A stretch of DNA of 64,000 bases, taken from contig CBDCWI010000002.1 in the NCBI GenBank assembly GCA_965223325.1, positions 896,001-960,000 on the forward strand, given 5' to 3'. The translations under genes and the position numbers were made by a program. A model generated the notes under the pieces. That model did no database searches. It was not told where the DNA came from and saw only the letters and a program-made list of their open reading frames with translations. Source of the DNA: Candidatus Multivoradales bacterium. Lineage in GTDB: Bacteria > Acidobacteriota > Thermoanaerobaculia > Multivoradales > Multivoraceae. Positions within the stretch are counted from its first letter, which is position 1. Each line of letters begins with the position of its first letter. Positions 1 to 9,461 of this stretch are shown here, piece by piece.

Positions 1-2125
1 GCGGGTAGACCATCAGGTCGAAATCCTTGCCAGCCTTCTGGAGCGCGTAGACCAGTTGGACGGTGTTCTGGAAGTGGACGTTGTCGTCCATGAGGCCGTG
101 CAGAATCAGCAGGTCTCCGTGCAGGTTCGCGGCCGCCGCGGCGACCGAGGTACCGGCGTAGCCCTCCTTGTTGTTCTGCGGCCGCGCCATGTAGCGCTCG
201 GTGTAGATCGTGTCGTAGAGGCCCCAATCTGTCACCGGCGCGCCGGCGATTCCGGCCTTGAAGCTCTTGCTGTGGGTCAAGGCGTAGGAAGCCATGAAGC
301 CACCGTAGCTCCAACCCCAGATGCCGATGCGCTCGCTGTCAACCCATGGCTGCTTGCGCAACCACGCGATGCCGTCTTCGATGTCTTGCAGTTCGATGAC
401 GCCGAGCTGACGGTAGGCCTTCCAGGTCGGCGCAATTCCCTTGCCGGAAGCCGAGCGGTTGTCGCACATCCAGATCACGTAGCCGCGCTGCGCCAGCATC
501 TGGTGCCACAGATAGCGATCACCGCCCCATCGGTTCTCCACCACCGGGGCGTGCGGGCCACCATAGTTGTACTGCAGAACGGGGTACTTCTTCTTGGCGT
601 CGAAGTTCGGCGGCTTGATGAGCGAGGCCTCCATGACGAAACCGTCGCGAGTCGGAACCTGCAGAAACTCGATGCTGCCCCAATCGAAATCGGCAAGCGT
701 CGCGGGACCTTCGGTGTCGAGTTCGGCCAGTACCGAGCCGTCGGCACTGTGGAGACGCAATTGCCAAGGCGTCGACACGTCACTCCAGGTGTCGAGGTAA
801 CGCTTCATGTTCGGCGCAAAACGCACGCGGTGGTGGCCCGGACGCTTCGAGATGCGCCTGCGCGCGCCGTCGGCGAGCGCGATGCTCCACAGTTGACTGC
901 CCGTCGGTCCGGCCTCGGTGGTGTTGATGTAGGCGACTCCGGCTTCCTCGTCGACACCGTGCAGGGTTTCGACTTCCCACTCACCATCGGTGAGCTGCTC
1001 GAGCAGGCGGCCTTTACGACTGTAGTGGTAGAGGTGCTGGAAACCGGTGCGCTCTGAAAGCCACAGGAACGAACCGTCGGCCAGCCACTCTGGCTCACCC
1101 GTGACATTGACGAACGCCGGCGATTGCTCTCTGAACAACCGCTCGACTTCGCCTGTCTCTGGGTCGGCCAACAACAAATCGAGCCAGCGCTGCTCGCGAT
1201 CCTGAACCTGGACAACGATGCGATCACTCTCAGGAGTCCAACCGACCCTGACGATCAGATGTTCGATCGGCAGGTACTCGCTGGTATCGATCCAACGTGG
1301 TTCACCGCCGGTGGCATCGACCACCGCTAGACGAACGGTGGGGTTGGGACTGCCGGCCTTGGGGTAGTTGGTGACTTCGAGATCGAGCTCGGTGGGCAAA
1401 TGATCTACCACCGTGAACTCGCGCACCGGCGACTCGTCGAGCTGGATGAAGACCAGTTGAGAACCGTCGGGACTCCACCAATAGCCGCGGAAGTTGCCAC
1501 GACCGTAGACCTCCTCCTGATAGACCCAGTCGAGCCGACCATGAAACAGCTCGGGGCCGCCGCCCTCGGTGACCTGCCAACTGCGCGCGGTCTCGGGGTC
1601 GGCGAGCCAGAGGTCGTTGTGACGCACGAAGCTGACCAGGCGACCGTCGGGGCTCCAGGCGGCTTCATGCTCGACCGCTTTGTCGGTCGTCAGTCGTACT
1701 GCGCGCTCGCTGCCACGCCGCCAGACGAACAAGTCATTCGAGTGCTCGAAGAGGACCGCGGAACGATTCGGAGCCAGGGTCATCGGCCCAGCGACCATCT
1801 CGGCCGCGCGCTTGGGTCCGAGCCCCGGAACCGCCACAAGGGCCTTCTCTATCGCCCTGGGCTCGAACAGCGGTACGGCTTCGAGGTCCTTGCCCTCGAG
1901 CAGCCAGAGGCCCTTCCCCTGTGAGCCGGACCGGCGCTCCCCCAGACTTCCATCGTCGAGCCAGGTGAGCTGCCTGGTGGCACCGTCGAACGACTTGCGC
2001 ACGGCGTCGTCCGGGCTGAACAACATCTCGACATCCAGGTGCCTGTCCTCTGCGGCAGCGATGGTTGGAAGGAGCACCAACACAACGGTCGTCAGCACGG
2101 CTCGGCCGGTTCTGCGTCCGGTCAT
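1..2125 (-). CDS. S9 family dipeptidyl-peptidase IV-like serine peptidase (3' end runs off the window)
   Basis: Translated by hand on the minus strand because it is absent from the ORF track. ATG at 2125 with a GAGGAG RBS and signal peptide (MTGRRTGRAVLTTVVLVLLPTIAAA). Nucleophile motif GIWGWSYGG and LILHGLMDDNVHFQN near the window start are in frame. Confidence 0.92.
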   Translation of the reverse strand, partial: MTGRRTGRAVLTTVVLVLLPTIAAAEDRHLDVEMLFSPDDAVRKSFDGATRQLTWLDDGSLGERRSGSQGKGLWLLEGKDLEAVPLFEPRAIEKALVAVPGLGPKRAAEMVAGPMTLAPNRSAVLFEHSNDLFVWRRGSERAVRLTTDKAVEHEAAWSPDGRLVSFVRHNDLWLADPETARSWQVTEGGGPELFHGRLDWVYQEEVYGRGNFRGYWWSPDGSQLVFIQLDESPVREFTVVDHLPTELDLEVTNYPKAGSPNPTVRLAVVDATGGEPRWIDTSEYLPIEHLIVRVGWTPESDRIVVQVQDREQRWLDLLLADPETGEVERLFREQSPAFVNVTGEPEWLADGSFLWLSERTGFQHLYHYSRKGRLLEQLTDGEWEVETLHGVDEEAGVAYINTTEAGPTGSQLWSIALADGARRRISKRPGHHRVRFAPNMKRYLDTWSDVSTPWQLRLHSADGSVLAELDTEGPATLADFDWGSIEFLQVPTRDGFVMEASLIKPPNFDAKKKYPVLQYNYGGPHAPVVENRWGGDRYLWHQMLAQRGYVIWMCDNRSASGKGIAPTWKAYRQLGVIELQDIEDGIAWLRKQPWVDSERIGIWGWSYGGFMASYALTHSKSFKAGIAGAPVTDWGLYDTIYTERYMARPQNNKEGYAGTSVAAAAANLHGDLLILHGLMDDNVHFQNTVQLVYALQKAGKDFDLMVYP

Positions 2126-2265
2126 CTTCTCGTCTCCTCTGCAGTCCCAGGGACGTTGATCGCACCCTTTGGATGGTTCGGTCTAAGGCTAGCGGCCTGG
2201 ATACTACCGCCGCCGCGGGGACGAGTCCCGCTGACTCACCAGATCGGTAATAGCATGGGGCTCTC

Positions 2266-3012
2266 ATGCGCGAAACCAACCGAAGACGCTCTGGCAGTCG
2301 CTGGCTGGCAGCCTGCGGCGGCTGCGCCGTCATCGGCCTCATCCTGCTGGCGATCTTCGTCTTCCTCGGTTACCGCGCCGCCTCGAGTGTGACCAACGCG
2401 CTCGAAGGTGGCGCGGCTAGTGAGGCGACCGCCCGTTCTATCCTGGCGACCGACCAGTTGCCGCCCGGTTGGCGATCGACGACCGCCTTTCGCTCCTCGC
2501 TGGTTGGAGAGTTCGTCATCCTGACCGACGCGCCCGACGATCCGAGCGACTCGACTGCTGACGGCGGCGAAGTGCTCACCGGCGAGGCGGCAGCCGAGGC
2601 CGTCGAGATCGCGATCACCGATGCGGTGAAGGACGGTGGCCGCCTGTTCATCTACTTCCGCACCCGCGGCATCTCGACCCTGCTCGCCGGCAGTGGCGAC
2701 GGCAAGCTCGAGGCCACCGGCATCGAAGTCGACGAAGGCGGCGAGCTCATCGCATCGGGAACGTCGCGCATTCGCTCCGGCAACCTCGAGTGGGAAGTCT
2801 CGCGCGGAACCTTCACCATCCAGGACCGCAAGCGCCAGGGCACAATCACACGAGCTGACGTGCGCTGCGACGCCGACGATCACCCCCGACTGGCTCTCCT
2901 CGTCGAGCCGGAGAGTCGCTCAGCACAGAAGACCCGAGGTAACGAAGAACCGCCCGCCGATCCGGACGCGCTGTCCCGGCTACTCGACAGTTTCGCGCTC
3001 TGTCCTCCCTGA
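2266..3012 (+). CDS. hypothetical membrane-anchored protein
   Basis: 248-aa ORF with a basic N-terminus, ACGGC followed by a hydrophobic helix, then a soluble acidic domain. Confidence 0.7.
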   Translation: MRETNRRRSGSRWLAACGGCAVIGLILLAIFVFLGYRAASSVTNALEGGAASEATARSILATDQLPPGWRSTTAFRSSLVGEFVILTDAPDDPSDSTADGGEVLTGEAAAEAVEIAITDAVKDGGRLFIYFRTRGISTLLAGSGDGKLEATGIEVDEGGELIASGTSRIRSGNLEWEVSRGTFTIQDRKRQGTITRADVRCDADDHPRLALLVEPESRSAQKTRGNEEPPADPDALSRLLDSFALCPP

Positions 3013-3096
3013 AGAATCATTTGCCCCCTGACGAATCCTTGGCGACGAACAAAGCCCGGGCGCAACGACGCGCAGTCTTGGAGATCTCGAAGGTCC

Positions 3097-3885
3097 TCAG
3101 GGCGCGACCCATCGCGAGCGCCCGCGCGCGCGACAGATGCTTGCATCGCGAACCTCGTGGCCGAAGACGCCCTCTTTGCCCCCATCGAAGCTGCTCGAGC
3201 GCAGTTGCTCTCCGGCGTCGACCTCACGCAGGAACCAGAGTTCGAACTCGGCGAGGCGTCGGTCCCCGACCGCGTCCTCTGGAAGACTCTCTAGCAACCA
3301 GTCGATGTACCAGGCGTTGTTTGCGTGACCCACCCGATCGAGGGCGGCCCGTTGGACGACGAAGTCCAGGCTCCCCAGCGGCTCGCCGCCCATCGCTTTG
3401 GGTGTCTCGGCGAGTCCCGGAGTTCCGTGAGTGAACCGTGGCGCCACGCGTGCGCTCGGAGTGATCGCACGTACCCGATCTGGTAGACGCGCGAGCCGCC
3501 GGGTCGCCAGGTTGACCATCACCCACTCACTGCTGGCCTGTCCCAGAGCCTCACCGTTCGGGGCCCGCCAAGCGAAGTGACGGTGCGCCACCAAACGATC
3601 GAACCTGGTTGGCCAGGTCGCCAGTTCGAGAGCATCCGCCAGGAAAGACGGGCGCAGAACCTCGACCCGTAGACGTCGCAACACCCAGGCCAGACCGTCG
3701 TCGGCTAGCGAGTCCATCGACGCTCCGAGCGCGCGGGCGTGGGCACCGGCCAGGTCCTGCAGCCAGTTGAGGATCACCCGTGGCGCCACGCTGCCCCGCC
3801 GATCGACGTCGTAGGAGCGCACTTCGACGGCTCGCGACACCTCGCGTGGTCCCTCCGACACCTCCCCTGGCGACAACCCAACCAT
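3097..3885 (-). CDS. acyl-ACP thioesterase (FatA/FatB-like double hotdog)
   Basis: VRSYDVD..G, WLQDLAGAHA, WVLRRLRVE and LDRVGHANNAWYIDW motifs. Start moved to ATG 3885. Confidence 0.88.
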   Translation of the reverse strand: MVGLSPGEVSEGPREVSRAVEVRSYDVDRRGSVAPRVILNWLQDLAGAHARALGASMDSLADDGLAWVLRRLRVEVLRPSFLADALELATWPTRFDRLVAHRHFAWRAPNGEALGQASSEWVMVNLATRRLARLPDRVRAITPSARVAPRFTHGTPGLAETPKAMGGEPLGSLDFVVQRAALDRVGHANNAWYIDWLLESLPEDAVGDRRLAEFELWFLREVDAGEQLRSSSFDGGKEGVFGHEVRDASICRARGRSRWVAP

Positions 3886-4103
3886 AGACTCGACCCCCGA
3901 CTCACTGTTGCCGATGTTGACGATATATCCTAGAATCCATAGAACTAGAGGCGCCTGTGCTCGTCGGTAGTTTCTACCGAATCGAGTCTTTCGCCTGATT
4001 CGGACACAACAGTTGTTGTTCGCTGGGGGTTTCCCGCATGATCCATATCGCACCCGAACGGCTGCCCTTCCGCATTCTTCTGAGAGATCAGGAGTGGCCG
4101 CAG

Positions 4104-4550
4104 ATGCCCCTCGAGTTCGATGCGCTACGAGCACACAACGATAACGCCTCCCCTGCCAAGGGGCGAAAGTCCGGTAGTACCAGGGCCCATGTCCTGGTCG
4201 TCGAAGACGACCGAGCGGTCCTCGACCTTGCAGCGACGATTCTGCGCAACGAAGGCTTTGAGATCGTCACTGCCCTCGATGGCGCGGAAGCCCTGGCGCT
4301 GACCGACGAGCAGATCGCCTCGATCGATCTTCTGGTCGCCGACGTTCAGATGCCCGACATCGACGGTCCGACGCTCGCCGAACAGCTGGTCAGACGGGCA
4401 CCGATGCTCAAGGTGATGTACATGTCTGCCTGGGTCGACCCGATCTCGAGCTCGCCCACGGTTCCGCTAGACAGCGACTTCCTTCCCAAGCCGTTTGGCT
4501 ACGGTGAACTGGTCGCCAAGGTGCGCGAGAGCCTCCAGGTCAGCGCCTGA
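4104..4550 (+). CDS. single-domain response regulator (receiver)
   Basis: VLVVEDD, phospho-Asp region LLVADVQMPDIDG, MSA and FLPKPF. Start uncertain (4038 or 4104). Confidence 0.88.
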   Translation: MPLEFDALRAHNDNASPAKGRKSGSTRAHVLVVEDDRAVLDLAATILRNEGFEIVTALDGAEALALTDEQIASIDLLVADVQMPDIDGPTLAEQLVRRAPMLKVMYMSAWVDPISSSPTVPLDSDFLPKPFGYGELVAKVRESLQVSA

Positions 4551-4607
4551 GCCGCGGGACTCTAGCCAGCCGCTACCTTGGCTCCCGGCCACCTGCCCTT
4601 CTGGCGG

Positions 4608-4979
4608 CTACCCCTCAGGAATCAGCGGGTCGCCGAAGCTGACACTGAGATCGGTGCCACAGGCACGGGCCCAGCGGTCCATCAGCTCGACGGTCGGATT
4701 GCTCTGCCAACGCTCGGCCTGGGCGACCGCCTGCTGCGAGCAACCCAGTCGCTTGGCGAGCTGACGCTGGGTCATGCCCGCGCTTTCGCGTGCCAGCCGC
4801 ATCAGGTAGCCGGCCTTGGCGCGCTCGCGCGCTGGCACGACGCCCCAGCGCAAGAGCGTCTTCCACTCCTGATACGAACGTGGGCGGCGGCGCCGCAAGT
4901 CGGCGTCGGAGACCTCTTCACCCGCTGGCACCTCAGCCGGCAGATCGACGGTCAAAGTTCTTTCGTCGGCATCACTCAT
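4608..4979 (-). CDS. XRE-family helix-turn-helix protein
   Basis: ARESAGMTQRQLAKRLGCSQQAVAQAERWQSNPTVE is a typical HTH_3 pattern. Overlaps the upstream gene by 8 nt. Confidence 0.85.
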   Translation of the reverse strand: MSDADERTLTVDLPAEVPAGEEVSDADLRRRRPRSYQEWKTLLRWGVVPARERAKAGYLMRLARESAGMTQRQLAKRLGCSQQAVAQAERWQSNPTVELMDRWARACGTDLSVSFGDPLIPEG

Positions 4980-5565
4980 CTATCGTGCCCTCCATCGCCT
5001 CGAGGAAACCCGCGGCAGGCTGCGCCCCGCCTTCGAGCGCAAACCGTTCCAGGGCACGTAGCAACCCGATCACGCCTTCCTTCTCCGCGGCACGCTCTAA
5101 ACGTTCACGATCGAGACTATCCTTCTGGGTCCGGAAGACGAGCAGCGCGTTGATGACATCCACCTCGGAGCGCCAGTCCTTCCAGTCGAGCAAACGCTCG
5201 GCGATCAGTTCTTCGGGAGCGAGAGCGCGAATCGATGCCTCGCCCACTTTCAATTCGACGGCCGCTGCCCGCCCGGGCATTTTTTCGCTGTCGACGAAGT
5301 CGAGGTAGACCCGCGCACCGTCATGAACCCAGCTGCGACCTTCACGACGAAAGCCGACTCGTTGAAGAATTCGTCCGACCCTCGGGGTCACCTTCCCGGA
5401 GAAATCGATGTCTGCTGTCGTATGGGCTCCGCCGGTGTAGAGGTCGACGGCCGCGCCGCCCACCAACACCGGTACCGTGTCCTCTTCGCTCGCGAAGAGG
5501 CTCTGAACCCAGGCCACCAACCCGGCGGTGCGTGGAGAGCCAACCGGCTCTCGAAGCACCTTCAT
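4972..5565 (-). CDS. putative nucleotidyltransferase (DUF6036-like)
   Basis: VLVGGAAVDLYTGGAHTTADIDF matches the GG...TxDxD motif of Pol-beta-type NTases. Start is ATG 5565 or TTG 5604. Confidence 0.65.
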   Translation of the reverse strand: MKVLREPVGSPRTAGLVAWVQSLFASEEDTVPVLVGGAAVDLYTGGAHTTADIDFSGKVTPRVGRILQRVGFRREGRSWVHDGARVYLDFVDSEKMPGRAAAVELKVGEASIRALAPEELIAERLLDWKDWRSEVDVINALLVFRTQKDSLDRERLERAAEKEGVIGLLRALERFALEGGAQPAAGFLEAMEGTIDE

Positions 5566-5694
5566 GAAGTCCCGTCTAGTTATCACTATTTCGGTATTGT
5601 GCAATAAGTCGGTACGGAAATCTACCCCTCTCTAGAACCCCATAAACATTGGGTTTTGAAGGGTTTGAGAGTGTTCCACTACCTCGTGAATTGG

Positions 5695-6876
5695 TCAAAC
5701 GGTCTGTTTTTCCGACCGCGGTTCCGAGCGTACTCGAACACGCTGTCGCTGTGCTTCCAGCACCTCGACCGCCACCTGCACAATGTCTCCCAGAATCTGT
5801 GCAGCGGGTCTGATTTCCGTCAGCATGCCGGAGGTCTGCCCCGCTGCGTTCATCAAAAGTTCCTCTCGTCCCGCCATGCGCAGCGAGTGGACAAGGTCGC
5901 GGATCATCAAACCCTGCATCCCCATCGGCAAAGCTCGCAAGCCACTCGCCTCCCAGGCATCGATGAGAGGATTGCGAATGTTGCGCATCGTCTTGCCGCT
6001 GTACAGCCGGGTGACCAGCGTGTCCTCGGCAGCCGCCTCGAGGATGCGTTGCTTTTGTAGCTCAGGCTGGTTGGCTTCTTCGGCGACCAGAAACGCCGTC
6101 CCGCACCATGCTCCCACCGCCCCGAGCGTCAAGACGGCCGCCAACCCACGCCCGTCGGCGATGCCGCCGGCAGCCACGACTGGTAGCGGCGCCACCGCAT
6201 CGATGACCTGCGGCAGGAGCGCCAGGGTTCCGATGCGCCCCGTGTGCCCGCCGGCTTCGGTTCCCTGCGCAACAACGATGTCGGCACCCCCGGCCGCCAC
6301 CTGACGGGCGGCGCGCACGTTCCCGACCAGTGAAATCACCTGGGTTCCGTTCGCGTGCAGCGCTTCGACGAACGGAGCCGGGCTTCCGAGCCCCGAGGCG
6401 AAGACCGGCACCTTCTCCTCCAGCAACACCTCCATCTGCGCACCCGCGTGACTCTTGCCCACCGGCACCCAGCTCGGCGGCGGCGGCGCGGCCTCCTGCC
6501 ACTCGACACCGAGATCGGCCGCCATCTTGCGAACTCCGAGGAGGACCTCGGAAGGAATGCGATCGCGCCAGTCGTCTCGGGCGTCACTCGGCGCGCCGGG
6601 GTTGGTCGCCAGGAAGTTCGGCGACAGCAACAGATCAACGCCAAACGGCTTATCGGTCAACGACCGAACGCGGCGAATTTGTGCCCGCAGTGTGTCCGGG
6701 TCGAACGCGACGCCACCGATGACCCCCAGTCCACCGGCTTCGGAAACGGCCGCCGCCAGATCAGCGTTGGCGACCGGCTCGGCGCCGGCGGCGACCGGGC
6801 CCATGCCGGCCAGCAGCACCGGGTACTCGATCCCCAGCCGATCGCAGAGTTCGGTATGCAGGATGGTCTTGCTCAT
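5695..6876 (-). CDS. nitronate monooxygenase / 2-nitropropane dioxygenase family flavoprotein
   Basis: LGIEYPVLLAGMG, AAAVSEAGGLGVIG, QGTEAGGHTG and VVAAGGIADGRG motifs. Confidence 0.92.
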   Translation of the reverse strand: MSKTILHTELCDRLGIEYPVLLAGMGPVAAGAEPVANADLAAAVSEAGGLGVIGGVAFDPDTLRAQIRRVRSLTDKPFGVDLLLSPNFLATNPGAPSDARDDWRDRIPSEVLLGVRKMAADLGVEWQEAAPPPPSWVPVGKSHAGAQMEVLLEEKVPVFASGLGSPAPFVEALHANGTQVISLVGNVRAARQVAAGGADIVVAQGTEAGGHTGRIGTLALLPQVIDAVAPLPVVAAGGIADGRGLAAVLTLGAVGAWCGTAFLVAEEANQPELQKQRILEAAAEDTLVTRLYSGKTMRNIRNPLIDAWEASGLRALPMGMQGLMIRDLVHSLRMAGREELLMNAAGQTSGMLTEIRPAAQILGDIVQVAVEVLEAQRQRVRVRSEPRSEKQTV

Positions 6877-7044
6877 CGCGAAAGAGGCAGACGTTCAGGT
6901 TGTGTGCAACTGTGAATACACCTCTCAGGCTACCCCAAGCGGCCGGTTTCGCCGAACCGCTCGAGTTGCTCTAGTCTGGCGAGGCCGGGCGCGGTCGATC
7001 GGAACGGTTGCCGAACCCTGAGAACTCCCGGAGAAGACGCCATC

Positions 7045-8397
7045 ATGACCAGCCCCGATCTGAAGGAGCGCCAACGTCGGTCGCCGCGAGAGCCTGGTCG
7101 CTCGATCCCTCTCATCGCTCTGGTTCTTCTCGTGCTGGTGGGCATCCATGGATGCACGTCTTCGTCTGAACGCGGCTCCATCTCACCGAGCGCAGCCGCC
7201 GACTGGCTCTCACCCGCCGTCAGCGGGGAGCGGCTTCTCCTGATTTCGATCGACGGCTTCCGGTGGGACTACCTCGAAGTCCACGACGCTCCGACCATCA
7301 GCCGCCTGGCTCGTCATGGCGTGCGCGCCCGGAGCCTCGAACCAGTCTTTCCCAGCAAGACGTTCCCGAACCACTACAGCATCGTCACCGGTCTGAGACC
7401 CGACCGACACGGCGTTGTCGCCAACGAGATGGTCGACGATCAGATCAGCGAGCGCTTTGCACTCTCGAACCGCGCGGCCGTCTCCGACGGGCGCTGGTGG
7501 GGTGGTGAACCAATCTGGGTGACGGCCGAACGCCAGGGCACCCACAGCGCGACGCTCTTCTGGCCCGGCAGTGAGGCCGAGATCGCCGGCTACCGGCCGC
7601 ATCACTGGCTCGAGTACACAACGAAGATGCCGGGCGAAGAACGAGTCGATCAGGTTCTCGACTGGCTCGACCGCCCGCCCGACGTGAGGCCCCGCTTCTT
7701 GACCCTCTACTTCTCAGAGGTCGACTCGGCCGGCCATGACTTCGGCCCGGGTGCGCCGGAAACCAGAGCGGCTATCCGCAACGTCGACCGTCACCTCGAC
7801 CGTCTGGTGCGGGGACTCGAAGCGCGAGGTCTCATCGGGCGCGATGGTCGACCGGTCGAGGGCGGCGTTCACATCATGTTGGTCTCCGATCACGGCATGG
7901 CCGCTATGTCGCGCGGACGCGCCGTGTTTCTCGAAGACGTCATCGACATCCAATCGGTCGACATCGTCACGCGCTCTTGCATCGCGATGATCAACCCGCG
8001 ACCGGGTACCGACCGTGGCGAGGTGATCAAGGCGCTCGAAACTCTCGACCACGTCGAGGTGTGGGCCAAAGAGGACATCCCTGAGGCGCTCGAGTTCGGC
8101 AAGCACCCGCGCGTGCCCGAAATCCTGATGGTCGCCGACGAGGGCTGGTGGATCGGTCTCACCCACGAACTCTTTGCCCACAAACGTTTCGCTCACGGAA
8201 TGCATGGCTTCGATCACCGGCTGCAGTCGATGCATGGGTTTCTCATAGCCCATGGCCAACGCTTCGGTGAAGGCCGCCAAATCGGAACGGTCAAGAACGT
8301 CGATCTCTACAACGTCATGGCCGAGGTTCTCAGCCTCGAACCGGCGCCCAACGAAGGCGCCCCGCCGGAGGCAACGGGGCTCCTCTACGACAGGTAG
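7045..8397 (+). CDS. ectonucleotide pyrophosphatase/phosphodiesterase (alkaline phosphatase superfamily), probable lipoprotein
   Basis: ISIDGFRWDY, catalytic Thr in PSKTFPNHYSIVTG, VDSAGH, VSDHGM and HGMHGFD. Lipobox-like IHGC. Confidence 0.93.
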   Translation: MTSPDLKERQRRSPREPGRSIPLIALVLLVLVGIHGCTSSSERGSISPSAAADWLSPAVSGERLLLISIDGFRWDYLEVHDAPTISRLARHGVRARSLEPVFPSKTFPNHYSIVTGLRPDRHGVVANEMVDDQISERFALSNRAAVSDGRWWGGEPIWVTAERQGTHSATLFWPGSEAEIAGYRPHHWLEYTTKMPGEERVDQVLDWLDRPPDVRPRFLTLYFSEVDSAGHDFGPGAPETRAAIRNVDRHLDRLVRGLEARGLIGRDGRPVEGGVHIMLVSDHGMAAMSRGRAVFLEDVIDIQSVDIVTRSCIAMINPRPGTDRGEVIKALETLDHVEVWAKEDIPEALEFGKHPRVPEILMVADEGWWIGLTHELFAHKRFAHGMHGFDHRLQSMHGFLIAHGQRFGEGRQIGTVKNVDLYNVMAEVLSLEPAPNEGAPPEATGLLYDR

Positions 8398-8414
8398 CCG
8401 GTAGCCGGTAGCAG

Positions 8415-9461
8415 CTAGCTACGGTAGCCGTCGGGGTTGTCGACCTGCCAACGCCAGTGGTCACAGCACATCGCGTTGAGATCACGCTCGGCACGCCAAC
8501 CCAACTCGGCTTCGGCGCGCGTTGGATCGGCCCAGATCGCCACTACGTCGCCGGGGCGCCGGCCAACGACTTCGCGAGGGATCTTCTGGCCGATCGCCTC
8601 CTCGACGCCGCGCACCATTTCGAGAACTGTGGTCCCGGTACCGGTACCGAGGTTGAAGGCGTGGCAACCCGGCCTGCTCTCGAGGTACTCGAGCGCTCGC
8701 AGGTGGCCGAGGACCAGGTCCACGACATGAATGTAGTCGCGGATGCAGGTACCGTCACGCGTCGGATAGTCGCCGCCGAAGACGCGCAGTCGCTCGTGTT
8801 TTCCGGCGGCGACCTGCATGATGAAGGGCATCAGGTTGTTGGGAACTCCGCGCGGATCTTCCCCGATGCGCCCAGAGAGGTGTGCGCCAACCGGGTTGAA
8901 GTAGCGCAGGAGCGCCACTCGCCACTCGGGATCGGCCGCCACCACATCGCGCAGAATGTCTTCGATGACCCGCTTGGTGTTGCCGTAGGGACTGGCTGCC
9001 GGGCGCAAGGGCGCCGTCTCGTCGATCGGCACACTGTCGGGCTCGCCGTAGACCGTGCATGAGGACGAGAACACCAGGCTCCTGGTCTCATGCGCGCGCA
9101 TGACCTCGAGCAAGGTGAGCGTGCCGCCGACGTTGTTGCGGTAGTACTCGAGCGGTTTCTCGACCGACTCACCCACCGCCTTCCAGCCGGCAAAGTGCAT
9201 GACCGAGTCGACCGGACGTTCGCTGAACGCTCGGTTGAGCGCCCGCTGATCGCAGATGTCGACCTGGACGAACTCGAGGTCCGGTTCAAGAGCGAGCTCG
9301 CGGCCAGACTCTCTGGCGATCGCCCGCACCCGATCGACGACTTCGATGAACGAGTTCGACAGGTCGTCGATGACGGTGACTGCGTGGCCGACGCCCAACA
9401 ACTCAACGACCGCGTGACTGCCAATGTAACCCGCACCGCCGGTTACCAGAACGTGAGCCAC
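8415..9461 (-). CDS. galE: UDP-glucose 4-epimerase
   Basis: VLVTGGAGYIGSH, HFAGWKAVGESV, FSSSCTVYG, YGNTK, LRYFNPVGAH and PNNLMP motifs. Confidence 0.96.
   Translation of the reverse strand: MAHVLVTGGAGYIGSHAVVELLGVGHAVTVIDDLSNSFIEVVDRVRAIARESGRELALEPDLEFVQVDICDQRALNRAFSERPVDSVMHFAGWKAVGESVEKPLEYYRNNVGGTLTLLEVMRAHETRSLVFSSSCTVYGEPDSVPIDETAPLRPAASPYGNTKRVIEDILRDVVAADPEWRVALLRYFNPVGAHLSGRIGEDPRGVPNNLMPFIMQVAAGKHERLRVFGGDYPTRDGTCIRDYIHVVDLVLGHLRALEYLESRPGCHAFNLGTGTGTTVLEMVRGVEEAIGQKIPREVVGRRPGDVVAIWADPTRAEAELGWRAERDLNAMCCDHWRWQVDNPDGYRS

Noticed and set aside
56-1924. Long plus-strand ORFs (56-1057, 1400-1924)
   Set aside because: These are antisense shadows of the S9 peptidase, whose motifs are on the minus strand. 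The same applies to most overlapping ORFs in the track, such as 22070-23470 and 41742-43142.
8393-8430. GGTAGCC short repeats as REP elements
   Set aside because: They are too short, partly inside coding ends and have no associated palindrome.
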